This document shows, one piece after another, positions 38,261 to 50,219 of a DNA stretch of 64,000 nt. The notes below the pieces were generated by a model. That model was not told the origin of the DNA, ran no database searches, and saw only the letters and a list, made by a program, of their open reading frames with translations. Position numbers and translations under genes: made by a program. Every line of letters begins with the position of its first letter. Positions within the stretch are counted from its first letter, which is position 1. The DNA is from Trichosphaerium sp. ATCC 40318. Lineage: Eukaryota; Protista; Tubulinea. Location of the stretch: positions 62,001-126,000 of the forward strand of contig JALMLS010000564.1 in the NCBI GenBank assembly GCA_038496445.1, written 5' to 3'.

Positions 38261-40541
38261 CTATAACGTTGCTTGGCGGTGTGTTTTAGCGTTACGACTG
38301 AATGGTGTGATCTTGGCTCTCCACGATTTTTTCGAAAATACAATAAGCACAAACACCACGGCGACCTTAAACAAACCAATCAGCAAGAACTTGGCTTGAA
38401 TGAAAACGTTCATACCAAAACGATGAGTGCAAAAACGATTCCAAAAGCAATACCAATTGTATTGTTACTACTCGATTGACACTCGTCTTGTACTGAAAAC
38501 AGAATACTCAACCTATGCGAAGTTAGCTGTTTGTCACTGATTATATTTATTACTTGGTTTGAGATGTTTGTTGTTGAGTGTTGAAACAATCTTTGGTGCC
38601 TCTCACAGAACTGATATCACCACTGATACATGGTGATTGAATAGCTACTATCTCATTGTTATCCACGTGATCAACATTGTCAACGTTAATATCGAATGTG
38701 CTTCCTTCTTCAAAGTTCACACATCCTTTTAAAATACATCAATATGTGACGTAGTAATCAAGTAGATGTACCTCTAACAATGAGAGTGTTGTTGTTTGAC
38801 AAATTGAATATCACGTTTCCCTTGTTTGTAAAGTTGCCAGTTATTGTAACAGTACCCGCAATGATTATCGAATCGGTGTTCACAACGTTTCCAGAAATAG
38901 TGCATGGACTGGTTTGACACAATGTATCTACTTAAAGGTTTATCTAATTGTATTAAACAACATCACATACCATTTATCCCGACAGATGGTACTATTGGGG
39001 CGTCTGTGTTCATTGCTGGAGTTTCTGTTGGAGCGTTTGCTGGCGTAGGTACTTGTGATGGATAAGGGGGTGTATCTATTGGTGAAAGTGTATTTGGTGC
39101 TTGGGTGTATATTGGAGGAAGCGTTGCTAGTGTGCCTAAATCAATGTGGTTAGTAAAAGAAAGTTGAGTATTTAGTAGCATACAATGGCAGGAACAAATG
39201 TTATTGAATAGTTTAAAAACTGTGGAGTTACTCGGACAAATCCCGCAATCTGCACTTGTTTGTACTTGTGTTGAATAACAATTCAATGGATTTAATGAGC
39301 CCATTTCATTACATCCGTTTGGCTCACAATTATTTCTTGAAGAAGTTAGTTCGTCAATAAGAACAAAAAGTTGCGTAACTGTATTGACAATACTTCGGTG
39401 TGGAATAGTGATGATGCGCTATCATAGAAATAAGTACATACACAATAGAGTGTAGTAGAATATGAACCTTGGGCAGTTGTTATTTATAAAGAAACAGCTG
39501 TTGAACGACAAGGATGAGTTGGATACTACAAGACAACCTAATCCTTGTTGTTCTGACATGTTGTTAGTAAAATTTGAGCGTGTTATTTCAACATCTGTTC
39601 CTTCTCCAATAACTTGTATAACAAAACCTATTTCGTCTGAAGCCATTCGTTTCGTAGTGGCTACATATTCGTTATTGCTGAACTTGCAATCAGATATGGA
39701 TACCTATCGCTATGATTAGAAAACAATTTAATACCGCTCACATACGCTATCAATTATATCTAACAGCACGCTCTTTAAACGATTTAAGGAAAATACAGCT
39801 CCTGTGATGTTCACTTTATTCCTACACTCATTTAGTTGTAACGTTCAATATTAGAGGCAGTACCCTTTATATATCGACAACGAGGTTTTTTGGTTGTCCT
39901 TGAACTGGCAATTACTTAAATGTAGTTTAAGAACAAGGAGTGCACTGAGCAGAAGAAGTACCGGATGTTGGTGACTGCTGCATTTTTTATGTCAACCGGT
40001 GACGAAAGAAAACAAATACCATCAAGCGTCACATTAAACCTGTTAGCATCTATTCCAACTTTGCCCTTGCTTACTTTCGCCATTTCGAAGGGCTCTACTA
40101 AACGACATTAGACATCTATTACTCTGGAAGTACTTTTCATGAAAATCGAAAAAATTCACGTGACAAAACTTATTCTAAGATCTGGTTACTTATCGCTTAG
40201 AAGGTGCGGGAACTCTGTTTTAATCGCATAGCGAGTATCAAAAATTACTATAGGAACCTGAGCGAATTACTAAGTTCCGAGTAAGAGGTATTGGATAACC
40301 ATCTACTGGAAGCCATGCGGTGTCTGTAGTTAAAACTATTTCGCTTATATCTTTAATCTCCAAGTAACAAGTTAAGTTTGTCGTACAGAGGTGTTTTGTG
40401 CTAGCGCGTACTGTCGTTCATACCAAAGTAAGCGTTCCGGAGAGACAAATTTTTTTCTACGTTTGTACCTGTAAAACAGAGCGCAGGTTGAATAGCAAAG
40501 CTGATACACCCAAGTACACCAAAAACAAATAAGAGCTTCAT
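38261..40541 (-). CDS. surface protein array copy 6
   Basis: MKLLFVFGVLGCISFAIQPALC signal; LCTTNLTCYL; long P/T stalk; tail SKKSWRAKITPF. Confidence 0.85.
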
Positions 40542-40877
40542 AATTCGAGTAATTACCAGTTTGTTACGCTTGTGAATTCGCAATACGGCTTAATAAACGT
40601 CCAGTGACTTAACAACTCAAATCATTTGTGTTGAAAAAGAATAAAACCTACTAGATGCTGGAATTAGTTATCATCGCATCTTGTGGGTTAGGTGTTAAAC
40701 TCAGATCTTTGCGCTTACCAAAGAGTAGAAAAGTGTAACAACAGTAGCACGGTCGTATACAATTTTCTGGTGAACAAAAACGTATTATGACTCTTGATTG
40801 TGGTGTTTCTATTAACAGTGAAGAGCATTAATTCAGAGTTATACAATAACAGAACATTTATTGTGCTTAAATAGCTT

Positions 40878-41082
40878 TTATAATGCTGTTTTACAGTGCG
40901 TTTTTTTCTTACGACTGAAAGGCATGAGTTTATCTCTCCAAGATTCCTTCGAAAATACAACAATCACAAACAACACTGCGAAGGCACAATTTTGGTGTAC
41001 CTGAAACACACTGTGCCGGCTGAATAATAACGCTTAACGCCCCAATTATTATAATGGTAACAATACTAACTAAATGATGCAT
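40878..41082 (-). pseudogene. internally deleted array copy: signal-peptide exon joined directly to the last (TM-tail) exon; possible mini-gene
   Basis: MHHLVSIVTIIIIGALSVIIQPAQCVS|gtacacc... abuts ...VLFVIVVFSKESWRDKLMPFSRKKKTHCKTAL*. All internal exons are missing. Confidence 0.75.
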
Positions 41083-41899
41083 TTTATACAGTCAGGTTGG
41101 TGGCTATGTTCTAAAATTTCTACGAGAAAGTAAGACTTTTTTTCAGAAAAAACAAGAAGTGTTTTGTCGCATTAAAAACTTAATCATACGCTACACATAC
41201 GTTGGTAGTTTCCATAATGTCTACTACACCCAGACTGAATTTTTACTGTCAAGTTAACAGTAGTAATTTTGGTACCACGTGGAAAGGCGTCATGCAAACC
41301 GCTCTCAACAGAGCTGATACTCCTAGTAAATATGTACAACTAACTGTTTGTTGAGAGTGTAGCGTAAATGGGACAAATAACATCCTGTACCAGAGTTTGA
41401 CATAAATTTCTGTTCCTTGCTACCCACCCCTCCAAATCTTATATGTTCTGGAAACCAAGCGAGGGCTCTATGTGTAAGTTGATTGCGAAGAGGAACCTGA
41501 GGTTGTGCTAGCAAACTGGTGGCTATTTTTTTAACGTTAAGCCTGCTTTTAAAAGGCCACTCCCGATTTGTTGCACGCACGTGATATTCAGCCCGAATAC
41601 TCACGTAAAGTACTCTACATAGTACACAAACCATCACGAAAAATCGAGTTTAGCTAACTCGAAATAGCGATATTTCAGGTCAAATCCGTTGAAAATAGGA
41701 AGTCACAACTTGGGTGTCCTGAAAGCTTTGTTTACGCAAATAGAAAAATTTGTAATTGGCAAGGAATACATGCCACAACGGAGAAAGAAGTTGGTTCTCA
41801 CCTTTTTTTGGAAACAAGGCTGAATTATGTCTAAGTTGAAAAGCATGTGATTGACCATTGCGGTATTCATATTTACTTCGATTCAGTTTACACTGATAT

Positions 41900-44054
41900 T
41901 TATAGGGCCCTTTGGTGCCGCGTTTGTGTTTTAAGATTAAAAGGCATAATCTTGCGTCTCCATGATTCTTTTGAATACACAACAATCACAAACAACAATG
42001 CAATCTAAAAAGTAATCAATTTTGATAAGTTAAAGTAAAGTTAAAGGTCGTACCAAGATGATGATGGCAGCGATGATTCCAAAAACAATACCCAAACTAT
42101 TGTTACTACTTTGGCTTTCGGATTTAGTGGTGCATTCATCTTTGAGTGAAAATAGAACACTCAACCTACGAAAAGGTTAAGGAAGTGCTCAAGTTATGTT
42201 TTCTTACTTATTTTTAGATGTTTGCTGCTCTGTGATAAAGCAATCGTTGGTACCACTAACAGAGCTGATATCACCGCTGATACACGGTGATTGGATGGCG
42301 GTGATCTCATTGTTATCTACATGGTTAACACTGGTAACATTGACATCAAATGTGCTTCCTTCTACTAAGTTCACACATCCTTTTAAAAAGGCTATCAATA
42401 TGTGACATAGTGATCAAGTAGACATACCTTCAACAATGAGAGTGTTGTTGTTTCTCAAATCCAGAGTAACAATTCCCTTATTCGTAAAGTTGCCAGTTAT
42501 TGTAACAGTACCCGCAATGATTATTGAATCGGTGTTCACTACACTTCCAGAAATAGTGCATGGGCTGGTTTGACACAATGTACTGAGAGATGTCGTAGGT
42601 GTTTCTATCGGAGCCTCTGTAGTCGGCACTTGCGTTAGAGGCTCTGTAGATGGTATGTCTGTTGGGGATAATGTAGGAACGTCTGATAGGGTGGCTTAAT
42701 GAGTGTTCTTAGAAATAAACAAAAGAAATTTATGCAATACCGCAGGAGCAATTTGCATCGGCTTGAAGAGATAAGGAACAATTTCCGGTTACAAATTGTT
42801 GTGCGCCTAAAGTACAAGAATGTAGACTCTCATCTTGGTTATTTAAGCATCCAGTTGGTACACAATCAATATTTCTTGTACGTTGTTAGTAGCGTTCAAT
42901 ACACCGAAATCGTAACTGCATTGACAACTCCGGACTATGAAACAATGATAATGCTCTGGAGAAGAAATAAGGAAAAGAAGGAGTTGACTATTACAGACTT
43001 GTTACAATCAATATCCTCGAAGGTACAGTTTCTAAAGATCAAAGGTGCATCCGAAACTGCAAGACAACCAAAGCCTTCAATAGGGCTAAAGATGTCTTGA
43101 AACATTGATCCGCTTACCACAGCGTGTCGGTTGGCTGTGATGTCTAAAACAGCACCAATGGGACCAAAATCAAACTGCCCGGATCCTATCATTGTTTGGT
43201 AAGATACTGGCATACGAGAAGGATACTAAAATATCTTGCACACTTACTAAGGAGTCGATTATCCTCAAAATCACAATCGCTGATTGATATCTGTTTTGCT
43301 TAGTTAAAATACCTCAACATGCACTTGTACCTCATCAATTGATTGTAAAACCAGTACTCCGAATTGATTATCAATGAACTTGGTTTTACTTATCGTAACG
43401 CGTTTCCTAAGTTCGTAGTTGGAAAAAAGTAGAAATACAAGTTATGTACGCTTGTGAAATCGATAGAGAGCGGCGTATAAGAGTTTTAGAGAATCGAGAA
43501 TTTCTTAACAAAAGGTAAGATGTAAAGGGAAAGATATAACAACCAAAAAGCGTACAAGATATTGACGCGTAATGCGTTTTTTATTTCTAGTGGACCAGTA
43601 AAATTTAGATTAATTAGAGTAATATTAAAGCCACCAGCGTTTATAGCTGCAGTGGTAGGGTATGTTCTCACTGATACAATATTGAGATCTTGGGAAAGGA
43701 TCAGAATCCTGAGGTTAGAAAAAAAACACGTGATTAAAAAAAGGTTTCCATTCAGTTTAATTTTTACGAACCGGATGATTTCAAAACAATGCTTTGATTA
43801 AGTACTATATCATCGCTTGCACGTAGTTCGTATATTGTGTTAGTATCAAAAACTATTTCGCTTATATTTTCTTTCAGCAAGTAACAAGTTATGTTGTTCA
43901 TACAAGCGTCAAACAAGCTTGCTACTACTATTGTAGAAAAGTTAAATAAATATTTAGAATGTACGTATTATAGGTCAGGCGTACTTATTTGACCACCTTT
44001 GGTCGCAATGGCTGCATACCCAATAATAATAAAAGTCAATAGCCAGACATTCAT
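41900..44054 (-). CDS. surface protein array copy 7
   Basis: MNVWLLTFIIIGYAAIATKG signal; ACMNNITCYL; INAGGFNITL; GCLAVSDAPL; tail SKESWRRKIMPF. Confidence 0.85.
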
Positions 44055-44269
44055 CTTAATTGTTTGATTTGGGTTTTAGTAAAACGAAAGTCCAAACCAT
44101 CCTGCACTTACTTAATTTGTTAGGCCAAACCATCCGACTTAAAAGCTTCGGATGACGGTTGTAGATAATGGTGCAAACTGGTAGTATCCGTAGTAAAAAA
44201 ATTTAGGTACTGCTGAGATTTGAGACTTAAATACTGGTATTTACTACATTGTTTCAGTGAACGATATTC

Positions 44270-44490
44270 AACACTGCTTTGGCTGAGCGTGGTGTTAGCC
44301 TCCAGGTAGATATCAATGTCATCTAGAATTACTTCGGTTATGTTGTAGCGTTCCAAGTAACACGTTAAGCTGTTGACGCAAGGATCAGCTGAGTTTACTG
44401 TCACTGTGGTATTAAAGTAAGCGCTCCATCAAGAAGGCACAATTTTGGTGTACCTGAAACACACTGAGCCGGCTGAATAATAACAAACTG
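44270..44490 (-). pseudogene. 5' remnant (truncated exon 1, intron 1, part of exon 2) of an array copy
   Basis: IIQPAQCVS|intron|TVTVNSADPCVNSLTCYLERYNITEVIL. There is no in-frame ATG upstream, and the sequence runs into the upstream region of copy 7. Confidence 0.75.
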
Positions 44491-44872
44491 ATCTTATGTT
44501 CCGAAATAAAATTCCAAAGAGAAACTTAAGACTGACTGTTTCAGAAAATATCAGCCAACCCACAAGTTTCCAGAACAAGAAAATGGTTTTCTTGCTGTAC
44601 CCCTAATGCGAATTTACAGAAACTTAGTTGCTTCTAATACGATACAAGTGCAACTTGTAAACAAAATGACTATAAAAGTCTGAGAAAGGCACAACTAAGT
44701 TACTTGTATTTTACTTCTTAATTATAACAGCGTTCCGGCCTATCGGTTAATAGCATTGTATTTTAGCGCGGAGCACAACTGGTAGAATTATGTAAGTTTA
44801 TTTAAAGCACACGTGCAATCACGTGATTGCCATTTTCGTTATTTATAATTTTGCCTCGTTTTCAGTTTAAAT

Positions 44873-47072
44873 TTATAGTGCCCTTTGGTGCCGTGTTTGC
44901 GTTTTAAGATTAAAAGGCATAATCCTTTGTCTCCATGATTCTTTTGAATACACAGCAATCACAAACAACAATGCAATCTAAAAAGAAATGAAATAAAAGT
45001 TGAAGTAAAGAAAGGTCGTACCAAGATGATGATGCCAGCAATGATTCCAAAAACAATACCCAAAGTATTGTTACTACTTTGGTTTTTCGATTGGTTGTTA
45101 CATTCGTCTTTGAGTGAGAATAGAATACTCAACCTAAGAAAAGAGTGTTACGGAAGTGTTCAGCTATATATCATGTTTTTCTTACTTGTTTGTAGATGTT
45201 TGCCGCTCTGTGATAAAACAGTCTTTGGTTCCACTTACAGAACTGATATCACCGCTTATACATGGGGATTCAATGGCAGTGATCTCATTGTTATCCACAT
45301 GGTCAACGTTTGTAACATTGACATCGAATGAACCTTCTTCCAAATTCACACATCCTTTTAAAATACATCAATGTGTTACATAGTGATCAAGTAGATGTAC
45401 CTCTAACAATGAGAGTGTTGTTGTTTGACAAATTGAATATCACGTTGCCCTTGTTTGTAAAGTTACCAGTTATTGTAACAGTACCCGCAATGATTATAGA
45501 ATCAGTGTTCTCGACATCACCGGTAATGGTGCATTGACTGCGTTGACACAAAGGTGTCATTGGAGATGTCGGTTGTGTTTCCATCGGGGCGTCTGCAGTC
45601 GGCAGAGACTCTGTGGGACTCATTGCTGGTGTGTCTATAGGATCATCTGTTGGAGCGCCTGGTGGGGACAATGTAGGAATATCTGATAGGTGATTAATGA
45701 ACTTTCTTAGAAATATACAAAAGAGATTAATGGAATACCACAGGAGCAGTTGGCACAAAACTGATCAACCGCAAAGTTTAGGGAACAATTTCCAGCGGTT
45801 GCCATTGGTTGTTCGCTTGAAGAACAAGAATGTAGATCCCGAGTTTGGTTACTTAAGCACCCAGCTGGTCCGCAAAAAACATTTCTTGAAAGCTGTTAGT
45901 AGAATGAAGCACTACGAAAATCGTAACTGCATTGACAACTCTGGGCTATGAAACATTGATGATGCTCTACAAAGAAATAAGGAAAAAGAAAGGACAAACG
46001 TTTGCAGACAGTGGACAGGCAGTATTCCTGAAGGTACAGCTGTTAAAGATCAAAGGTGCATCCGAGACTGCAAGACAACCGTAGCCTGAAACACTGCTCC
46101 AGTTGTGTTGAAACGTTGATCTACTCACTACAACGTCTCCGTTGGCTTCAGTGATGTCTAAAAGTGCAGCAATAAAATTCGATGAGAACGGATTCATTCG
46201 TTTCGTAATATCTATGGCGTTTGTTAATACAAGCACTTGTACTATAAGATGATATAAAGACAGAAAAAACACGTACAAGTCAATTGATTATTCATAAAAT
46301 GACAATCGCTGATTGACACCTGTTTTGTTATAGTTAAAATACCTCAGAGTAACTATGTTGTACCTCATTAACTGATTGTAACACCAATACTTTGAAGTTA
46401 TTATCAGTGAACTTGGTCTGGCTAATCATCACGCTTTCACTAAGTACGTAGTTGGAAAATGTAGAAATACAAGTTACGTACACTTCTGAAACCTGTAGAG
46501 AGGGATACGGATCATAAGTTGTAGAGAATTGACAATTTCTTAAAGATGTAAGATGCAAAAGGTAACAGCCAAAAAAAAATCGTACATGATTTTGACATTT
46601 GATGCGTTTTTTATACCAAGCGGCCCTGTAATATTTAGGCCGTCTAAAGTAATATTAAAGCCACCAGCGTTTATAGATGCAGTGTCCGGAAATATAGGGA
46701 GCGTCAATATTGAAACTAGCGTATTTTGGACTTGGAGAGAAAACAAGTAAGTATCTCAGAAGGTCAGAAAAAAAAACGTGATTAAAAATAGTTCTGGGAT
46801 AAAGAACCTGCTTGTAAAATAATGTTTTGTCCGAGCACTATATCATCGTCTACATTTAGTTCGTATACTGTAACATCTTCAAAAATTATTTTACTTATAT
46901 TTTCTTTCATCAAGTAACAATTTAGGTTGTTCATACAAGCGTCATTCAAGCTCCCTTCAACTAATGTAGAAAGCTTAATCTATAATTTCCAAACTTATTA
47001 GGTTGGCGTACTTATTTCACCTTCAGTAATAGCTGCATACCCAATAATAAATGCCAATAACCAGATATTCAT
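44873..47072 (-). CDS. surface protein array copy 8
   Basis: MNIWLLAFIIGYAAITEG signal; ACMNNLNCYL; INAGGFNITL; tail SKESWRQRIMPF. Confidence 0.85.
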
Positions 47073-47851
47073 TGTTTCAGAATTTATTTTTTTTTGATTT
47101 AGCGCTAAACTAGTTGCCTGTAACTTCCAAATGGTCGTCACACGTTACTTCAAATAAGTGACTTATGACTTTTCGTACGACTAAACGCGAACTTTATCAA
47201 CGTAAGTTTCTCGTAGAATTTTTTTTCCGGAACATAAGCAACGCCACTGAAAAATGCGTGATTGGTTGCCATAGGTGTTAAGACTTTTTGCAATATCAGC
47301 CAAGCCCGCAAGTTCCCACACAAAATAGTTTTCTTGCAGTACTTCTAATGCAAATTTACAGAAACTTAGTTGCTTCTTATAAGATACAAACTGAGAAGAG
47401 TATCTGTGAAAGGTTCTGATAGGTATTTTACGTGTTGCAATGATGCTTGTACCAATATTTTTCATGAACATCGTTTGAATAACGATTGTGTTAACTGTAA
47501 ATGTGTTTGTAAGACTGTTGGTTTCTATAATGCATTGTAGTATCGCATAGATGAATGAAGATACAAGAATAAATATATTGTCTTTCGCTACAGCAAGTGC
47601 AACTTGTATAATGACTATAAAAGTCAAGTAAAATATCAAGATACTTGATGTGCAACAACCCTCAAACACTTTCTTCTATCGTTTAATGTGATAATACCAA
47701 TATGACTATGTTACTTCACATACGATGAGGGACCTCAGTGGACTTTGACAAAGAGTTGTATCAGACGAATATGATTGAAAAAGAAATCAACATTATAAAC
47801 TTAGAAAGGCACAACTAAGTTACTTGTATTTTACTTCTAGTCACTTTACAG

Positions 47852-49954
47852 TTACTTTGATAGTGCCTTTTGGTTCCTTGTTCGTGTCTTACGATTAAAA
47901 GGCATAATGGTTTCTCTCCATGACTCTTTTGAAAACACGGCAATCACAAACAACAACGCAATCTATAAACAAAGCAAATCAATTTGGATAGCCAACATGA
48001 AAGTGTAAAGTTAAAGTCCATACCAAGATGATGATGCCAGCAATGATTCCAAAAACAATACCCAAAGTGTTGTTACTACTTTGGTTTTTCGATTGGTTGT
48101 TACATTCGTCTTTGAGTGAAAACAGAATACTCAACCTGCGAAAAGAGAGTTAAGGAAGTGCCCAAAAAACACTATGTTTTTCTTACTTATTTTTAGATGT
48201 TTGCCGCTCTGTGATAAAACAGTCTTTGGTTCCACTTACAGAACTGATATCACCGCTGATGCAAGGAGATTGAATGACAGTAATCTCATTGTTATCCGCG
48301 TGGTCTACGTTAGCAACGTTGATATCAAATGAACTTCCTTCTTCCAAGCTCACACATCCTATTTAAAGTTGTCAAATGGTTGATTATTTGATGCAAGTAG
48401 ATGTACCTTCAACAATGAGAGTGTTGTTGTTTGTCAAATTGAATATCACATTTCCCTTGTTTGTAAAGTTACCAGTTATTGTTACAGTTGCCGCAATGAT
48501 GATCGAGTCAGTGTTCTCGACATTGCCCGTAATGGTGCATGGACTACTTTGACACAATGTGGTTGGAGGTAATTTAGGAATATCTGACAGGGCGAGTGAA
48601 TGAATGTTCTAAGAAATAAACAGAAAGAAATTTTGGATTCCATACCACACGTGGAGCAAGAAGCGTTTACATGAACAGCATCACTGTTTAGTGAACAATT
48701 GCTACTACATACCCCTGTGTTTGGTAATGAACAAGAATGTAGACCATAAGCGTTATCTAAGCACCCAGCTGGCTCCCAAACAATATTTCTTGCACGCTGT
48801 TAGTAGTTTTGAGTACAACCAAAATCGTAACTGCATTGACAACTCCGGACTATGAAACAATGAGGATGCTCTGGAGAAGAAATAAGGAAAGAAGGTGGAG
48901 TTGAATTTTACGAACAGTGGACATTCATTATCCTCGAAGGTACAGTTTGTAAAGATCAAAGGTGCATCCGAAACTGCAAGACAACCAAGGGGTGCAGCAC
49001 CGCTGTTGTGTTGAAACGTTGATCTACTTACTACAGCAGATTGGTTGGCTTCAGTTATGTTCAAAACAACACCAACAAAAAACTGTTCGAAAATATTTGG
49101 GTTACTAGAGTCTAGGCATTGTTTAGCGCTAGTAAATAAGAAGCAATAACTTACTGTTATTCTCAAAAGAACAATCGCTAATTGATAGCTATTTTGTGAA
49201 GTTAAAATACCTCACATGTATGCACCTGTACCTCATTAATTGAGTGCGCCACCAATACTCCGAAGTGATTGTCAATGAACTTGCTATGGCTAATCATCAC
49301 TGTTTCACTAAATGCATAGTTGAAAAAAGTAGGAACTACACGTTAAGTACACTTCTGTAATCGCCAGAGAGGGATACGGAGCATCAGTTTTTCCAAAGAA
49401 ATGAGAACGTCTAAAAGAGGTAAGATGAAGGGAAAGTTTATCAAGCAAAAAAGCGTACAGATATTGACGCTTAATGCGTTTTTTATTTCTAGTGGACCAG
49501 TAAAATTAAGATTAATTAGAGTAATATTAAAGCCACCAGCGTTTATAGACGCAGCTTTCCCATCCGTATCGAATGTCGATATTGAAACGGCGCTATTAGG
49601 TGCTTGGAAAGAAAGAATCAGAACCTTGGGCACAAAACACGTGCTATAAAAAAATTGTTGCTATTCAAAGTTTAATTTACGAACCTCGCAAAATAATGTT
49701 TTGTCTAAGTACTGTGTCATTGTTTGTATGTAATTCGTAGCTTATTGTTTCATTTTCAAAAACTATTTCGCTTATATTTGCTTTCAGCAAGTAACAAGTT
49801 ATGTTGTTCATACAAGCGTCAGACAAGCTTGCTGCTACATTGTAGAAAAGTTAAATATTTCGCCTAAACGTATTGGGGCAGGCGTACTTGTATCACCTTT
49901 AGTCGCAATGGCTGCATACCCAATAACAATAAAAGTCAATAACCAGACATTCAT
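47852..49954 (-). CDS. surface protein array copy 9 (very short stalk)
   Basis: MNVWLLTFIVIGYAAIATKG signal; ACMNNITCYL; stalk only DIPKLPPTT; tail SKESWRETIMPF. Confidence 0.85.
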
Positions 49955-50219
49955 CTTAATTGTTTGATTTGGTTTTCGTAATAATACGAATCAGGTCCAA
50001 AAAACGTTTAACCTGCTTCACTACTTACTTAATTTGTAACGTCATCCGACTTAAAAGCGTGGCTTAGGTGACGGGATTGAAAATCGCGATGCAAACTGCT
50101 AGAGATGTACAATCTACTCACAAATTTTATCAAACAAAGTTTCAGTGAACGATATTCTATAATTTATTTCCGCCTGTAACTCCATCATTTCATAATTCTA
50201 CATCACCAAACCCATCACA

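Noticed and set aside
38250-38269. Perfect 20-bp palindrome acgttatagcgctataacgt over the stop codon of copy 6
   Set aside because: Single occurrence, absent from the other copies. Most likely a local template-switch event with no supportable function.
47181-47669. 162-aa minus-strand ORF between copies 8 and 9
   Set aside because: Non-ATG start and no motif. The homologous spacer at 44548-44720 does not preserve the frame.
24813-49954. Regularly recurring sequence blocks as a possible CRISPR array or transposon cluster
   Set aside because: The repeats are paralogous exons and introns of protein-coding genes at ~2.5-3 kb periodicity. There is no repeat-spacer structure and no transposase.
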